Shown: positions 1 to 10,134, counted from the first letter of the whole stretch. The stretch: DNA of 62,446 nt, filler included, from Chthonomonadaceae bacterium (GCA_035650735.1; 4 parts of 4 records of this genome joined end to end with filler, not necessarily neighbours in it); one strand, 5' to 3'. Numbers and translations: made by a program. Notes: a model not told the origin generated them from the sequence alone.

Positions 1-139
1 GACGATGCTCTGTGTTGTACCAGTCGAAGAACTCGCCGCAGAAGCCCTCGGCATCCTCCTTGCAGCCGAATTGCTCCGGAAACTGCGGCCGGTACTGAAG
101 CGTTTGGAACTGCGCCTCCGAGTACGGGTTGTCGTTCGA
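1..139 (-). mobile_element. IS3-family transposase C-terminal fragment (runs off the window edge)
   Basis: Minus strand reads SNDNPYSEAQFQTLQYRPQFPEQFGCKEDAEGFCGEFFDWYNTEHR, the DN..E..F..LK / WYN..HRH tail of IS3-type integrase cores. Confidence 0.8.
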
Positions 140-775
140 AAGCTGAAGAAACTGAAGGATGGCATCTTGCTTTCCAATTACATCTAGTTGGCCGAACCGG
201 GTAGCGATTTCGTTTGGACTCTCACGCATCCGTAGGCCGATGAATGCGGCAAACGGACCTCCGAATTCCATATAATCTACCTGAAATTGTATCTTACCCA
301 GGCCCAGGACAAGATGCGCTGTCTGCTCTGGTTTATCTTCTGCGCTAAAGCGTATGTCTAGCGCGAATGTACCCATCGGTGGCTGATCTGTTTTTATCGT
401 AGGAACTCTGCCGTCCTCTATAGAGACTTGGGCCGGGATCGCTTGATTGGCATAATTGGGGTTAAACCGGAGCGTCATTGCCTCACGTCTGCCGTCAATG
501 ACAGCAGATAGGGTGATGTCTCGGCTCATATCGTAACGGTTAAATACAGGCGCCCAGATAATTTCAGGATCAAGAGGCAGCGCATCTACCCCGCGCCAAG
601 CGAACTGACGCAGGATCATTTGCGGGTTAAACCTGTCAAAGAAGGTAAATAGTGCTTCCAATATCGAAGTCTTGCCGACGTTATTTTGCCCTCCTAACAG
701 CGTTATCCGCGATAAGTGAGGAAACTCAAGCTCTCGAAAGCCCTTGAAACCTATTATCTTAAAGGAAGTTATCAT
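140..775 (-). pseudogene. N-terminal half of an ABC/AAA_15-type ATPase, joined in frame to the IS3 fragment
   Basis: Manual translation from ATG 775: MITSFKIIGFKGFRELEFPHLSRITLLGGQNNVGKTSILEAL, Walker A GQNNVGKT. No stop before the window edge, so absent from the ORF track. Walker B half is missing. Confidence 0.75.
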
Positions 776-821
776 GTATTGCCTCAATAAAGATGTCCGT
801 ATCCAGCAGGGTCTTATCCAC
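759..821 (-). pseudogene. Stub of a PIN-domain (VapC-like) toxin
   Basis: GTG overlapping the antitoxin stop gives MDKTLLDTDIFIEAIHDNFL*. LLDTDI is a typical PIN N-terminal motif. Confidence 0.55.
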
Positions 822-1053
822 GATGCAGCCTCAGAGGATGATTTTCTCGCGCCTCCATTGCCGACGCGATCAGCTGATCTACAAGCTCCGGCTCATCCGC
901 GAAGAGGCCCAGCAGCGGATCGGCGTCCGCCTGGGCTGTGGTCTGCTCCAGGAGGTCGTTGATCAACTTATCGAGAGGCGAATGACGGCCCTGCGCCAAT
1001 CGCCGGGCGCGTTCGAGAACAGCATCGTTGATCTCTAGCTCAATCTTTGCCAT
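814..1053 (-). CDS. Putative antitoxin (ribbon-helix-helix-like)
   Basis: 79 aa, RHH-like N-terminus (KIELEINDAVLERARRLA), acidic tail, overlaps the PIN stub start. Confidence 0.55.
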   Translation of the reverse strand: MAKIELEINDAVLERARRLAQGRHSPLDKLINDLLEQTTAQADADPLLGLFADEPELVDQLIASAMEARENHPLRLHRG

Positions 1054-1098
1054 AGTGGGCTTTCCTATATGTTTGCCTCTGCCGGGAACCTGGCTCTG

Positions 1099-2556
1099 TT
1101 AGAGGGCAGGCCGTTGCTTGTGCCAGCCGGTGGCCTGTTCGTAGGTATAGGCGGCGCGAAGCAGCGTCTCCTCGTCATAGGCTTTCGCGAGGATTTGCAG
1201 GCCGACGGGCAGGCCGTTGACGAAGCCGCAGGGCACCGAGATGCCGGGGATGCCGGCCATGTTGGCCGGCAGCGTGCAGACGTCCGCAAGCTTCATCTCC
1301 AGCGGGTCGGCTTTCTCCCCGATCTTGAAGGCCGGGCTGGGCGAGGTCGGCGTCAGCAGCACGTCGTAACTGGCGAAGGCGCGCTCGAAGTCGCGGCGTA
1401 TCAGGGTGCGCACCTGCTGGGCGCGCTTGTAGTAGGCGTCGTAATAGCCTGCCGAGAGCACATAGGTGCCGATCATAATGCGCTGCTTGACCTCCGGGCC
1501 GAACCCTTCATCGCGCGTCCTCTCCATCAGGCCGATGTGCCCGACCCATTCACTGCTGCGCAGGCCGTATCTGACGCCATCGAAGCGGGCCAGGTTGCTG
1601 CTGGCTTCGGCAGGCGCGATGATGTAGTAGGCGGCCAGGCAGTACTCGATGGACGGCAGGGAGCACTCCTCCGCCGTCGCGCCCAACTCCACCAGCTTGT
1701 CTACGGCGGCGCGCACGGTGGCGGCGACCTCCGGCGTAACGCCCTGCGCGAAGAACTCCTTCGGCACGCCGATCCGCAGGCCCTTGACGTCGGGGCGGCA
1801 GGCGGCGGTGAAGTCCGGCACGGGAACGTTGGTGGAGGTCGAATCCAGCGCGTCGTGCCCGGCGATGGCATTGAGGAGCAGGGCGCAGTCAGTGACATCT
1901 TTGCCGAACGGGCCGATCTGGTCGAGCGAGGAGGCGTAGGCGATCAGGCCGTAGCGGCTGACGCGGCCATAGGTCGGCTTGAGGCCGACGACGCCGCAGA
2001 GCGAGGCGGGCTGGCGTATCGAGCCGCCGGTATCCGAGCCGAGCGCGAGGCAGGCTTCCTCCGCCGCCACCGCGGCCGCCGAGCCGCCCGACGAGCCGCC
2101 GGGCACGCGCTCCAGGTCCCAGGGGTTGCGCGTGGTATGGAAGCCGGAGTTCTCGGTGGAGGAACCCATCGCGAACTCATCGCAGTTGGCCTTGCCGACA
2201 AAGACGGCCCCTGCCCTCCGCAATCGGGTTACGACCGTCGCATCATAGGGCGGGACGAAGTTATAGAGGATTTTGGAGCCTGCGGTGGTCGTCACGCCGG
2301 TCGTGCAGATATTATCCTTGATGGCGACAGGAATGCCGGCCAGGGACGGCAGCGCCTCACCCTGCGCGCGGCGGGCGTCTAGTGCCTCCGCCTGCGAGAG
2401 CGCCAACTCCGGCGTGACGGTCAAAAACGCGCGCACACGCTCTTCGACCACCTGTATCCGGGCCAGGGCCGCTTCGGTCAACTCGCGCGCCGAGATCTGC
2501 CCCCCGGCGATGCGCTCGCGGGCTTCGTGCGCGGTCAGGTCGATCAGTTCAGACAT
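1099..2556 (-). CDS. gatA: Asp/Glu-tRNA amidotransferase subunit A
   Basis: Amidase signature [36 protein letters not shown]; follows gatC. Confidence 0.97.
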   Translation of the reverse strand: MSELIDLTAHEARERIAGGQISARELTEAALARIQVVEERVRAFLTVTPELALSQAEALDARRAQGEALPSLAGIPVAIKDNICTTGVTTTAGSKILYNFVPPYDATVVTRLRRAGAVFVGKANCDEFAMGSSTENSGFHTTRNPWDLERVPGGSSGGSAAAVAAEEACLALGSDTGGSIRQPASLCGVVGLKPTYGRVSRYGLIAYASSLDQIGPFGKDVTDCALLLNAIAGHDALDSTSTNVPVPDFTAACRPDVKGLRIGVPKEFFAQGVTPEVAATVRAAVDKLVELGATAEECSLPSIEYCLAAYYIIAPAEASSNLARFDGVRYGLRSSEWVGHIGLMERTRDEGFGPEVKQRIMIGTYVLSAGYYDAYYKRAQQVRTLIRRDFERAFASYDVLLTPTSPSPAFKIGEKADPLEMKLADVCTLPANMAGIPGISVPCGFVNGLPVGLQILAKAYDEETLLRAAYTYEQATGWHKQRPAL

Positions 2557-2559
2557 CAC

Positions 2560-2850
2560 CTATCCTTCTACGATGCGCGGAACGACGAACAGGCCCTCGC
2601 GCGCCTCCGGCGCGTTGGCAAGCACGGCCTCGCGCGGCAGACATGGGCGGGTTCTGTCCTCGCGGAAGACGTTATAGACGGGGATGGAGTGGGAGGTCGG
2701 CTCAATGCCGGTCACGTCCACGCCCTGCAATATCTCAACATGCTTTAGGAGGTCGTTGATATGCTTGGCCTGCTGATCGAGCTCTTCGTCGGTCAGTTCG
2801 AGGCGGGCCAGCAGCGCGACCTTGCGCACCTCTTCGCGGGTCAGTGCCAT
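2560..2850 (-). CDS. gatC: Asp/Glu-tRNA amidotransferase subunit C
   Basis: REEVRKVALLARLEL...NAPEAREGLFVVPRIVE. Confidence 0.95.
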   Translation of the reverse strand: MALTREEVRKVALLARLELTDEELDQQAKHINDLLKHVEILQGVDVTGIEPTSHSIPVYNVFREDRTRPCLPREAVLANAPEAREGLFVVPRIVEG

Positions 2851-2945
2851 CGAGAAATCATCCTTAATCGCGAAATTATCCCGGAAATCTTCCTCTCATT
2901 ATAGCACCTGGCGAAGTGGCTGACAAGGAGCGAGGAAAAGCCAAT

Positions 2946-3094
2946 ACCTCAACAGGATGAACAGGATTAAGCAGGATTTACAGGATTAAGGCAAGAGACA
3001 GAAGCCTTCCGCTCAGTCCAGAGGAAGAGGTACTTGGTTGGTTGTCTGTGTTTTAGAAATCCTGTTTAATCCTGTCTCATCCTGTTCATCCTGT
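2946..3094. repeat. CAGGAT-array inverted-repeat element, copy 1
   Basis: Four ~9-10-nt spaced CAGGAT units, a spacer, then four ATCCTG units. Confidence 0.85.
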
Positions 3095-3107
3095 GGAAGG
3101 TTTTTTT

Positions 3108-3935
3108 CTAGTGCAGCGGGTGGTTGATTTTGAGAACGCTCCTGGCGGCGAGATGCCTGCGCACGGAGGTTTCGAGGTCGGCAGGGTAGGGGAGATTCCA
3201 CTGCTGACAGGCGGCCTGCGCGTCCTGGGAGAACAGATCCAGTTCCTTTTCCAGCGCGGCGGAGATACCCGGCAGGTCGGTCGCGCCGAAGTAGGCGAGA
3301 AGCTGCTGGCGCTTTGCCTCCGGGAGATATTTCACGTCGTTGGCCCACCAGGTCCAGGGCTTGTCCGGGTGCAGCGCGTGCAGCAGGCGCATATGGGTCT
3401 GGAACAGCACGCCCTGGACGTAGAGCAGCTTGAAGAGGTCGGCACGCTGGTAATATTTGCCGTTGAGGTAAGCATAGACCCAGTAGTTATCCATGGTGCG
3501 GCTCAGGGTGTCGGGAGAGAACGGTTGCACGCGCGGCGCTTCGGCTAGAGGCTGGAACAGCCCGGCGCGGTCAAAAAGGACCTGCTCGGCACGGGAACGA
3601 TTGCGATGGTATGCCGATTCCGATAGAATCAGGAAGTCACAAAGCAGCAGATCCTTGCCGGAATGAAACAGGAACGCATAGTTGCAGAGGTCGGCAGTCT
3701 CCCCTTCGGGCAGCCAGACGGCGATGGGGCCGCAAATCCGCTCACAGACTCCGCGCAGCTCGCCTTTTACAGCGTTGTAGTCCTCGTCCCGCACGACGAG
3801 GGCGAGGTCCACATCGGAGTAGGCGTCTGCCGTGCCTTTGCCCAGCGAACCCCACAGGTACATGCCAAGCACCCGCTCGTCGTCCCGGAAATAGTCCACG
3901 GCCCTCGCTATTGAGGCTTCCAGCACAGGATGCAT
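3108..3935 (-). CDS. Nucleotidyltransferase (aminoglycoside/lincosamide adenylyltransferase-like)
   Basis: GSLGKGTADAYSDVD pol-beta NTase motif plus helical C-terminal domain; start reassigned to MHPVLE. Confidence 0.75.
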   Translation of the reverse strand: MHPVLEASIARAVDYFRDDERVLGMYLWGSLGKGTADAYSDVDLALVVRDEDYNAVKGELRGVCERICGPIAVWLPEGETADLCNYAFLFHSGKDLLLCDFLILSESAYHRNRSRAEQVLFDRAGLFQPLAEAPRVQPFSPDTLSRTMDNYWVYAYLNGKYYQRADLFKLLYVQGVLFQTHMRLLHALHPDKPWTWWANDVKYLPEAKRQQLLAYFGATDLPGISAALEKELDLFSQDAQAACQQWNLPYPADLETSVRRHLAARSVLKINHPLH

Positions 3936-3949
3936 CGGCTTCCTCGGCT

Positions 3950-4879
3950 TTAATCTGCCGTCAGGTGGAGCGCGGCGAGCTTGTCCCAGAGGCTTTCGGG
4001 CAGCGGCGTGCGGATGGCTGCGAGGTTCTGAGCCAGCTCCGCAGGCGTCTTGGCGCCGGTGAGCGTGCACTGAATCAAGGGCTGGCGCAGGCTGAACTGA
4101 AGCGCGACGGCGATTGGGGAGAGATTGCGCTCGCGGCACCAGCGGTAGAAGCGGCGGGCGGCGTTCAGGTCGCGCTCCGGTGGCCGAAGGCTCCGATCAC
4201 GGACAAGGGTATCGGGATCTTGATCGATGAGCAGGCCGTGCGCCAGAGGCGACCCGTTGACTACGCCGACCTCATGCTGCGCGGCCAGAGGCAGCAGCCA
4301 GTCGGCGGCGGTCGTGCGGAGGGGATGGTAGTCGTTATAGGTCAAAATCACGTCGAAGCGCCCGGACTCAATCGCCTGACGGTGAAAATCATGACGGCGC
4401 TGGCCCAGCCCGATAGCCCCAATGACGCCCTGCGCCTGGAGCGCCTCCAGCGCCTCCAGCGCACCGCGCGGCGCAAACACCGGCGCGATGTCCTCCGGAT
4501 CGTGGACGTAGACAAGGTCGAGGTAGTCGGTCTTGAGCAGGCGCAGGCTGTTCTCCAGGCTCCAGAGCGTGCCGTCCCAGGAGTAGTCGCCGCGCCGCTG
4601 CGGGTGCGTGCCGGTTTTGGTGGAGAGGACGATCCGCTCCCGCAGGCCGCCCTCCAATGCCAGGCCGATACGCCGCTCGCTCTCTCCATAGAGCGGCGAG
4701 GTATCCACATAGTTCATGCCCTGCGCGATAGCCTCTTGAACGGTCTGGATGGCGTCCCGATCCGTCACCGGCCCGTAGCCGCCGCCAATGCCGGCCCCGC
4801 CCAATCCCAGGGCCGTCACCAGCAAGCCGCTGCGTCCCAATCGCCGCCGCTCCAACGGATCGCTCCCAGGCAGACTCAT
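3950..4879 (-). CDS. Aldo/keto reductase
   Basis: LGRSGLLVTALGLG, DTSPLYGESE, STK, SLRLLKTDYLDLVYVHD. Confidence 0.92.
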   Translation of the reverse strand: MSLPGSDPLERRRLGRSGLLVTALGLGGAGIGGGYGPVTDRDAIQTVQEAIAQGMNYVDTSPLYGESERRIGLALEGGLRERIVLSTKTGTHPQRRGDYSWDGTLWSLENSLRLLKTDYLDLVYVHDPEDIAPVFAPRGALEALEALQAQGVIGAIGLGQRRHDFHRQAIESGRFDVILTYNDYHPLRTTAADWLLPLAAQHEVGVVNGSPLAHGLLIDQDPDTLVRDRSLRPPERDLNAARRFYRWCRERNLSPIAVALQFSLRQPLIQCTLTGAKTPAELAQNLAAIRTPLPESLWDKLAALHLTAD

Positions 4880-4895
4880 TAGCAGGTCTCCCAAA

Positions 4896-5053
4896 ACCTC
4901 AACAGGATGAACAGGATTTTATAGGATTAAACAGGATTTCTAATACCAATCCAACCAGCCGAGTCCCTATGCCTCTGTTCCTCTTAGGCTCAAGGCTTCT
5001 GCCTCTTTAGTCTTAATCCTGTAAATCCTGCAAAATCCTGTTCATCCTGTTGA
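4896..5053. repeat. CAGGAT-array inverted-repeat element, copy 2
   Basis: TCAACAGGATGAACAGGAT...ATCCTGTTCATCCTGTTGA arms; same 5' start ACCTCAACAGGATGAACAGGATT as copy 1. Confidence 0.85.
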
Positions 5054-5062
5054 AAAAGGGTT

Positions 5063-6397
5063 TTAGCTGAGGGCGGCGTCCACCTTGTTGATCGCCTTCG
5101 CCATCAGACGGGCGTGGTCTTCGGTCATGCGCAGGTTGAAGCCGAAGCGCAGAGCGCGGTTGAGCAGATCCAGCGACTGCGGGCACATCTCCCGGCTGTA
5201 GGCGATATGGCCGGCGGGCTGGTCACCGCGCGGCTGGGTGTACTGCGGGTCGTTCCAGGGATAGCCGCTGGGATGCGGGCTGTTCTTGTCCAGGATAGAG
5301 TCCCAGTAGCGGTAGATGTGCCGGTCAGGAAAGCCGGCGTTATAGGCCGTGCCGCAGGGCAGCCCCTCGGCGTTGAGGGCTTCGGCATAGCGCGCGGCGG
5401 TCGCCGCATCGTGGCAGAGGATGGCCGCGCTGATGCCGCAGTCGCCCGCCGGGTCGTCTACGTGCTGGAGGTTATAGCCGCGCGGCGCACCGGCCTGCGC
5501 CAACTCGTCCAGGAAGGCCGCTTTGAGGCGGCGCGTGTGGCCGAGCATGGTTTCCAGCTTGCGAAGCTGCACCCGGGCCATCGCCCCCAGGATCTCGCTG
5601 GGCCGGTAGCAGTTGGCGGAGAAGGGCGGCGTGTGCCAGCCGGTCTTGCCCTCATGGTCTTTCATCCACATCGGCAGGGCCGGGTCGGAGGCGAAGCAGG
5701 CGCGCTCGTAAACCTCATAGTTATCGGTAAAGACCAGGCCGCCCTCGCCGCAGGTCAGGACTTTGAAGTAGTTGAGACTCCACTCGCCCACATCGCCGAA
5801 GGTGCCGACCATCTGGCCGTGATAGCGCCCGCCGATGCACTGCGCGCAGTCCTCCACGACCTTGAGGTTGTGGCGCTTGGCCACGTCGAGAATGGCGGCG
5901 ATGCGGCCCGGCACGCCCTGCATATAGACGGGAATGACGGCGCGGGTGCGCGGGGTGATTTTGCGCTCGAAGTCGGCCGGGTCGAGGCCGAGCGAATCAT
6001 CAATCTCGGCGATGACCGGCACGGCGCCAACGGCGACGACGGCGGCGGCGGTGGCGATGTAGGTGTAGGCCGGGACGATGACCTCGTCGCCGGGGCCGAC
6101 GCCCAGGCCGAAGAGGGCGCAGATGATGGCGCTGGTGCCGGAGTTGACCATCAGGGCGTGCTCAACGCCGAGGGCTTGCGCTGCCTCGCGCTCAAAAGCG
6201 CGCACCTGGCTGTTGGGGTTGTGGCGGAATAGGGTCTTGTCGCGCAGAACTTGGGTGACCGCCTCGATCTCGGCGTCGTCAATGCTATCGGCGCCAAGCC
6301 CTCCGCCGAAGGAGGGCAGCGGCTCGGTCAGGGTGCGCTCGCCGCCATGCAGCGCGAGTTGGGAGGGGCCGGTCGGTGCAAGGGTTGTCGTTGCCAT
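5063..6397 (-). CDS. DegT/DnrJ/EryC1/StrS PLP-dependent aminotransferase
   Basis: NSGTSA, GPGDEVIVPAYTYIAT, VEDCAQ, SLNYFKVLTCGEGG. Confidence 0.92.
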   Translation of the reverse strand: MATTTLAPTGPSQLALHGGERTLTEPLPSFGGGLGADSIDDAEIEAVTQVLRDKTLFRHNPNSQVRAFEREAAQALGVEHALMVNSGTSAIICALFGLGVGPGDEVIVPAYTYIATAAAVVAVGAVPVIAEIDDSLGLDPADFERKITPRTRAVIPVYMQGVPGRIAAILDVAKRHNLKVVEDCAQCIGGRYHGQMVGTFGDVGEWSLNYFKVLTCGEGGLVFTDNYEVYERACFASDPALPMWMKDHEGKTGWHTPPFSANCYRPSEILGAMARVQLRKLETMLGHTRRLKAAFLDELAQAGAPRGYNLQHVDDPAGDCGISAAILCHDAATAARYAEALNAEGLPCGTAYNAGFPDRHIYRYWDSILDKNSPHPSGYPWNDPQYTQPRGDQPAGHIAYSREMCPQSLDLLNRALRFGFNLRMTEDHARLMAKAINKVDAALS

Positions 6398-6719
6398 AGT
6401 CATCTTCCTCGTCTTGGGATGTTCGGTACAGAAAAAAGCGGTTGAAATGCGCTCACCCCGTCCAAATGGCACAGTTCTTGCACGGGGTAAGCCTGGAACC
6501 GGGCATTTCCGATCCCGTTCCGCCTCACAGGGTAGCGCCCCATGAAACCGTGGTTGGAGATAGAGCCTTCGAGAGGCACCCACGCTTTAAGGCAGGTCTA
6601 CCCCTCGCAGAGCCGTCCTTAAGTATAAACGAGTCGGCGGCCCCCTGTCAAACCCGCATTGCCCATTTCCTGAAAACTTCAAGGCAGTAACTGCATATCG
6701 CCTGGAAAGGAGCCTTCTC

Positions 6720-7331
6720 ATGTCGATCCCACGCACTGCCAGCGCATTTCTTCTCCTGGGCCTTCTTGGAGGGCTTGCGGGCGGCTCAACCCTGCCCGCC
6801 CGCGCCGAAGTGGTTTCGCTCACCGTCGGCATCAACTCGACGTGCCCCTATGGATTGATGGGGTGATGGCCGGCGGTCTTTGAGACCCTATCACGCCTGG
6901 ATGGCGTGAAATCCGTCAGCCAACGGCCCTCGCCCACGACCTGGACCTGCGAAGTGCGCACCCAGGAGGGCCGCCTGCCCGACCTGAAGGTGATGGCACA
7001 GCGCGTCCGGGAAGTGAGTTCCCAGTTCTCCCTGCGCGGCGTGGAGGCGACCGTCAACGGCCAGCTTGTCAAAGAGCAAGGTCAACTACAGTTGCGCCTG
7101 TCGGCAGGCGGCGAGGCGCTGCGCCTGATACCGCTGCGCCGTAAGGTGCAGTGGAATCCACAGACGAAGCAGGCTTACCCGGCGACCCGGCAGGAGCTGA
7201 CCGCCTACAGAAGCTTGGCCGCGCATTGGCAGGGCAAGCCCTTCCGCGTTCAGGTGACCGGCCCTCTGGAGGTGTCGGAGACGGGCGCTCCCCTGCGCCT
7301 GGAGGTGAGAGCGTTTCGCCCGAATCCCTGA
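6720..7331 (+). CDS. Putative secreted selenoprotein (203 aa, Sec at codon 49), HMA/ferredoxin-like fold suspected
   Basis: AAGGAG RBS, ATG 6720, signal peptide (…LPARA|EVV), TCPYGLMG-TGA(6864-6866)-WPAVFETLSRLDGVKSV in frame with ORF 6906..7331; hairpin right after the TGA. Confidence 0.75.
6863..6894 (+). promoter_or_regulatory. Candidate bacterial SECIS hairpin
   Basis: Lower stem GTGAT/ATCAC includes the UGA; upper stem GGTCT-TTG-AGACC at 6875-6887. Confidence 0.45.
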
Positions 7332-7416
7332 ATGCCGCTTGCGCTGCGGGTCGTCGCCCACAGCACGTATCCCAGGATCCGATCCAACCGCTCGCTGAAG
7401 CAGAAAGGATGTTCTC

Positions 7417-10068
7417 ATGTTGCTGCAAAAACTGTACCGGCGTTCGGGTCTGAGAGCAGTTACACTCATCCGCGCTTGTGCCCTGAATGCTGCGCGGCGT
7501 CCTGTCCGGCGGGAGAATCTCGCACCGATCAGGGCGCTGCTGTTGTTTCTCCTGGCCCTCGTGGGCGGACTAGGCTCGGCCCGGCCTGCCGCCGCCCAGA
7601 GCGACCCGTCTCAGGTCGGCCAGTGGTCCCCGGTCTCCTCCATGCCCTACTACGCCATTCACCTGCACCTGCTGCCGACCGGGAAGGTGCTCTTCTGGGA
7701 CCGGCAAAGCCGCCAGACCCTTTGGGACCCGGAAACCGGCAGCTTTACTCCGGCGGCGCAATGCCCCTACAACATTTTCTGTACCGGGCACACGCTGCTG
7801 GCCGACGGGCGGCTGTTTGTCGCCGGGGGGCATGTCGTGGACGGCGTCGGGCTGCCCCACGCCAGCATCTACGATCCGTTTACCGACACCTGGACGCCGC
7901 TGCCCGATATGGCGGCGGCGCGCTGGTATCCCACGGTGACCACACTGGCCAATGGACAGGACGTCCTGGTGATGTCCGGCCAGATTGACAACACCATCGG
8001 CCTGAACTTGACCCCGGAGGTCTGGGATTCGACTGCCGGAGCCTGGCGGGAACTGACCGGCGCTACCATGCCCATCAGCATGTACTCTAAGATGTTCCTG
8101 GCTCCGAATGGGCTGATCTTTAACCCCAGCCCCATCCAGGTGTCGCGCTACTTCGACGTCACCGGCATCGGCACAGTGATCAAGGTGGGCTATTCCCGCA
8201 TCAACTACCGCTCCAACGGCTCCGCCGTGCTCTACGACGACGGCAAGGTGCTGATCGTTGGCGGCGGCGACCCCCCAACGGCGACCGCAGAAGTGATCGA
8301 TCTGAACGCGGCGGCGCCCGTCTGGCAGTCGACCGGCTCCATGTCCGTGCCCCGCATGTTCCAGTGCGCTACGCTTCTGCCCGACGGGACGGTGCTGGTG
8401 ACCGGCGGCAGCAGCGCCACCGCCGCCACCGCCGCCTCCGCGCCGACCTATCCGGCGGAGCTGTGGAACCCGGCGACCGGAAACTGGACCACCCTGGCTA
8501 GCAACAGCGCGTTCCGAGGCTACCACTCCAACGCGATCCTGCTGCCGGATGGTCGGGTGCTGACTACCAGCGGTGATTACTATCCCGCCGCCAGCCTGAC
8601 CTTGCCTTACCAAAACGCCAACATGCAGATCTTCTCGCCGCCCTACCTGTTCAAGGGCGCGCGGCCCACCATCACTTCCGTTCCGCTGCACGTCACCTAC
8701 GGGCAGCAGGTTTTTGTCCAGACGCCCGACGCCGCCAGCATCGCGAAGGTGACCCTGATCCGGCTCAGCTCCTCGACGCATACCAACAACATGAACCAGC
8801 GGATCAACCGCCTGAGTTTTACCCTGGGAGACGGCGGGCTCAACGTCACCACGCCCCCCAATTCCGTGCTGTGCCCGCCTGGGCACTACATGCTCTTCCT
8901 GGTCAACAGCCAGGGCGTGCCCTCGGTGGCCAAAATCGTCCGGGTAGATATACCGCCGGCCCCGCCCTCCAACCTGACCGCGCAGGTGGTCGTGCCGCAC
9001 CAGATCAACCTCTCCTGGATAGATCATGCCAGCAATGAGGACGGCTTTAAGATCGAGCGGTCTACCGATGGCGTCAATTTTACGCAGATAGACACCGTCG
9101 GGCCGAACGTCACCAGTTACACGGCGGCGGGGCTGTCGGGAGCGACGCAGTACTATTTCCGCGTCTGCGCTTACAACGGCGGCGACTCCGATTACTCTAA
9201 TATCCAGAGCGCCCTCACGCTGCCCGATCCGCCTAACCCGCCCACCGGGCTGGCGATGACCTCCCGCGCGCAGACGACGGTGGCGCTCACCTGGAGCGAC
9301 AACTCCAACAACGAGGATGGGTTTAAGATCGAGGGGTCTACGGATGGAACCCACTTTACGCCAGCAGGCTCCGTTGGCCAAAACCAGACGACCTGTACGG
9401 TGACTGGCCTATCGGCAGCCACGCAGTACTCCTTCCGCGTCTACGCCTATAACGCCGGCGGCAACTCCGGCTACTCCAACGTGCTCAGCGTCACCACGCT
9501 GCCCAATCCGCCGGCAGCGCCTACCGGCCTGTCGGCGACGCCTACCTCCAAGACGACCATCAACCTCTCCTGGACGGACCAGGCCGGCAATGAGGACGGC
9601 TTTAAGATCGAGCGCTCCAGCGACGGCGTTCACTTCACTCAGATAGGCACCGTCGGGCCGAACATCACCAACTACACGGCGACGGGGCTTACGAAAGCGA
9701 CGCAGTACTCCTTCCGCGTCCGCGCCTACAACATCGGCGGCAACTCCGATTACTCCAGCACGGCTAATGCGACTACCTGGCCCGATCCGCCCGCGCCTCC
9801 GGATAATCTGAACGCTACGACGGTCTCGGCCTCGCAGATTAACCTGACCTGGAGGGACTGGGCCGGCAACGAGACCGGGTTCGTCATCGAGCGCGCCCTC
9901 GGGAACGGCTCCTTTGCGCGGGTCGCCACGGTCGGCGTGAACGTGACCAGCTACTCGGATACCGGGTTGCAGGCCAACACGCGGTACCGCTATCGCGTCT
10001 ACGCCTACAACGCGGGCGGCAACTCCGATTACTCCAACGTCGACTCGGCCAAGACGAAAAAGAGGTAA
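7417..10068 (+). CDS. Secreted galactose-oxidase-like copper radical oxidase (AA5: Kelch + DUF1929) with four FN3 repeats
   Basis: FCTGH (cofactor Cys), RWYPT (cofactor Tyr), RGYHS (Tyr/His ligands), THTNN (His ligand), PPGHYMLF; four W.D...NE.GF.IE FN3 units; signal peptide ending AAA|QS. Confidence 0.9.
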   Translation: MLLQKLYRRSGLRAVTLIRACALNAARRPVRRENLAPIRALLLFLLALVGGLGSARPAAAQSDPSQVGQWSPVSSMPYYAIHLHLLPTGKVLFWDRQSRQTLWDPETGSFTPAAQCPYNIFCTGHTLLADGRLFVAGGHVVDGVGLPHASIYDPFTDTWTPLPDMAAARWYPTVTTLANGQDVLVMSGQIDNTIGLNLTPEVWDSTAGAWRELTGATMPISMYSKMFLAPNGLIFNPSPIQVSRYFDVTGIGTVIKVGYSRINYRSNGSAVLYDDGKVLIVGGGDPPTATAEVIDLNAAAPVWQSTGSMSVPRMFQCATLLPDGTVLVTGGSSATAATAASAPTYPAELWNPATGNWTTLASNSAFRGYHSNAILLPDGRVLTTSGDYYPAASLTLPYQNANMQIFSPPYLFKGARPTITSVPLHVTYGQQVFVQTPDAASIAKVTLIRLSSSTHTNNMNQRINRLSFTLGDGGLNVTTPPNSVLCPPGHYMLFLVNSQGVPSVAKIVRVDIPPAPPSNLTAQVVVPHQINLSWIDHASNEDGFKIERSTDGVNFTQIDTVGPNVTSYTAAGLSGATQYYFRVCAYNGGDSDYSNIQSALTLPDPPNPPTGLAMTSRAQTTVALTWSDNSNNEDGFKIEGSTDGTHFTPAGSVGQNQTTCTVTGLSAATQYSFRVYAYNAGGNSGYSNVLSVTTLPNPPAAPTGLSATPTSKTTINLSWTDQAGNEDGFKIERSSDGVHFTQIGTVGPNITNYTATGLTKATQYSFRVRAYNIGGNSDYSSTANATTWPDPPAPPDNLNATTVSASQINLTWRDWAGNETGFVIERALGNGSFARVATVGVNVTSYSDTGLQANTRYRYRVYAYNAGGNSDYSNVDSAKTKKR

Positions 10069-10134
10069 GCCTCTCTATCCGGCAGTAGGCAGGGAAAGTG
10101 CCCTGCCCCTATCGAATTGAGCAGTGGCATGGGT

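Noticed and set aside
2946..3094. CRISPR array candidates (CAGGAT arrays, the 44910 and 54758 repeats)
   Set aside because: Units are too short or have only two copies, with no series of unique spacers and no cas genes.
8950..10050. Nucleotide repeats in the oxidase 3' half
   Set aside because: Explained by four FN3 domains.
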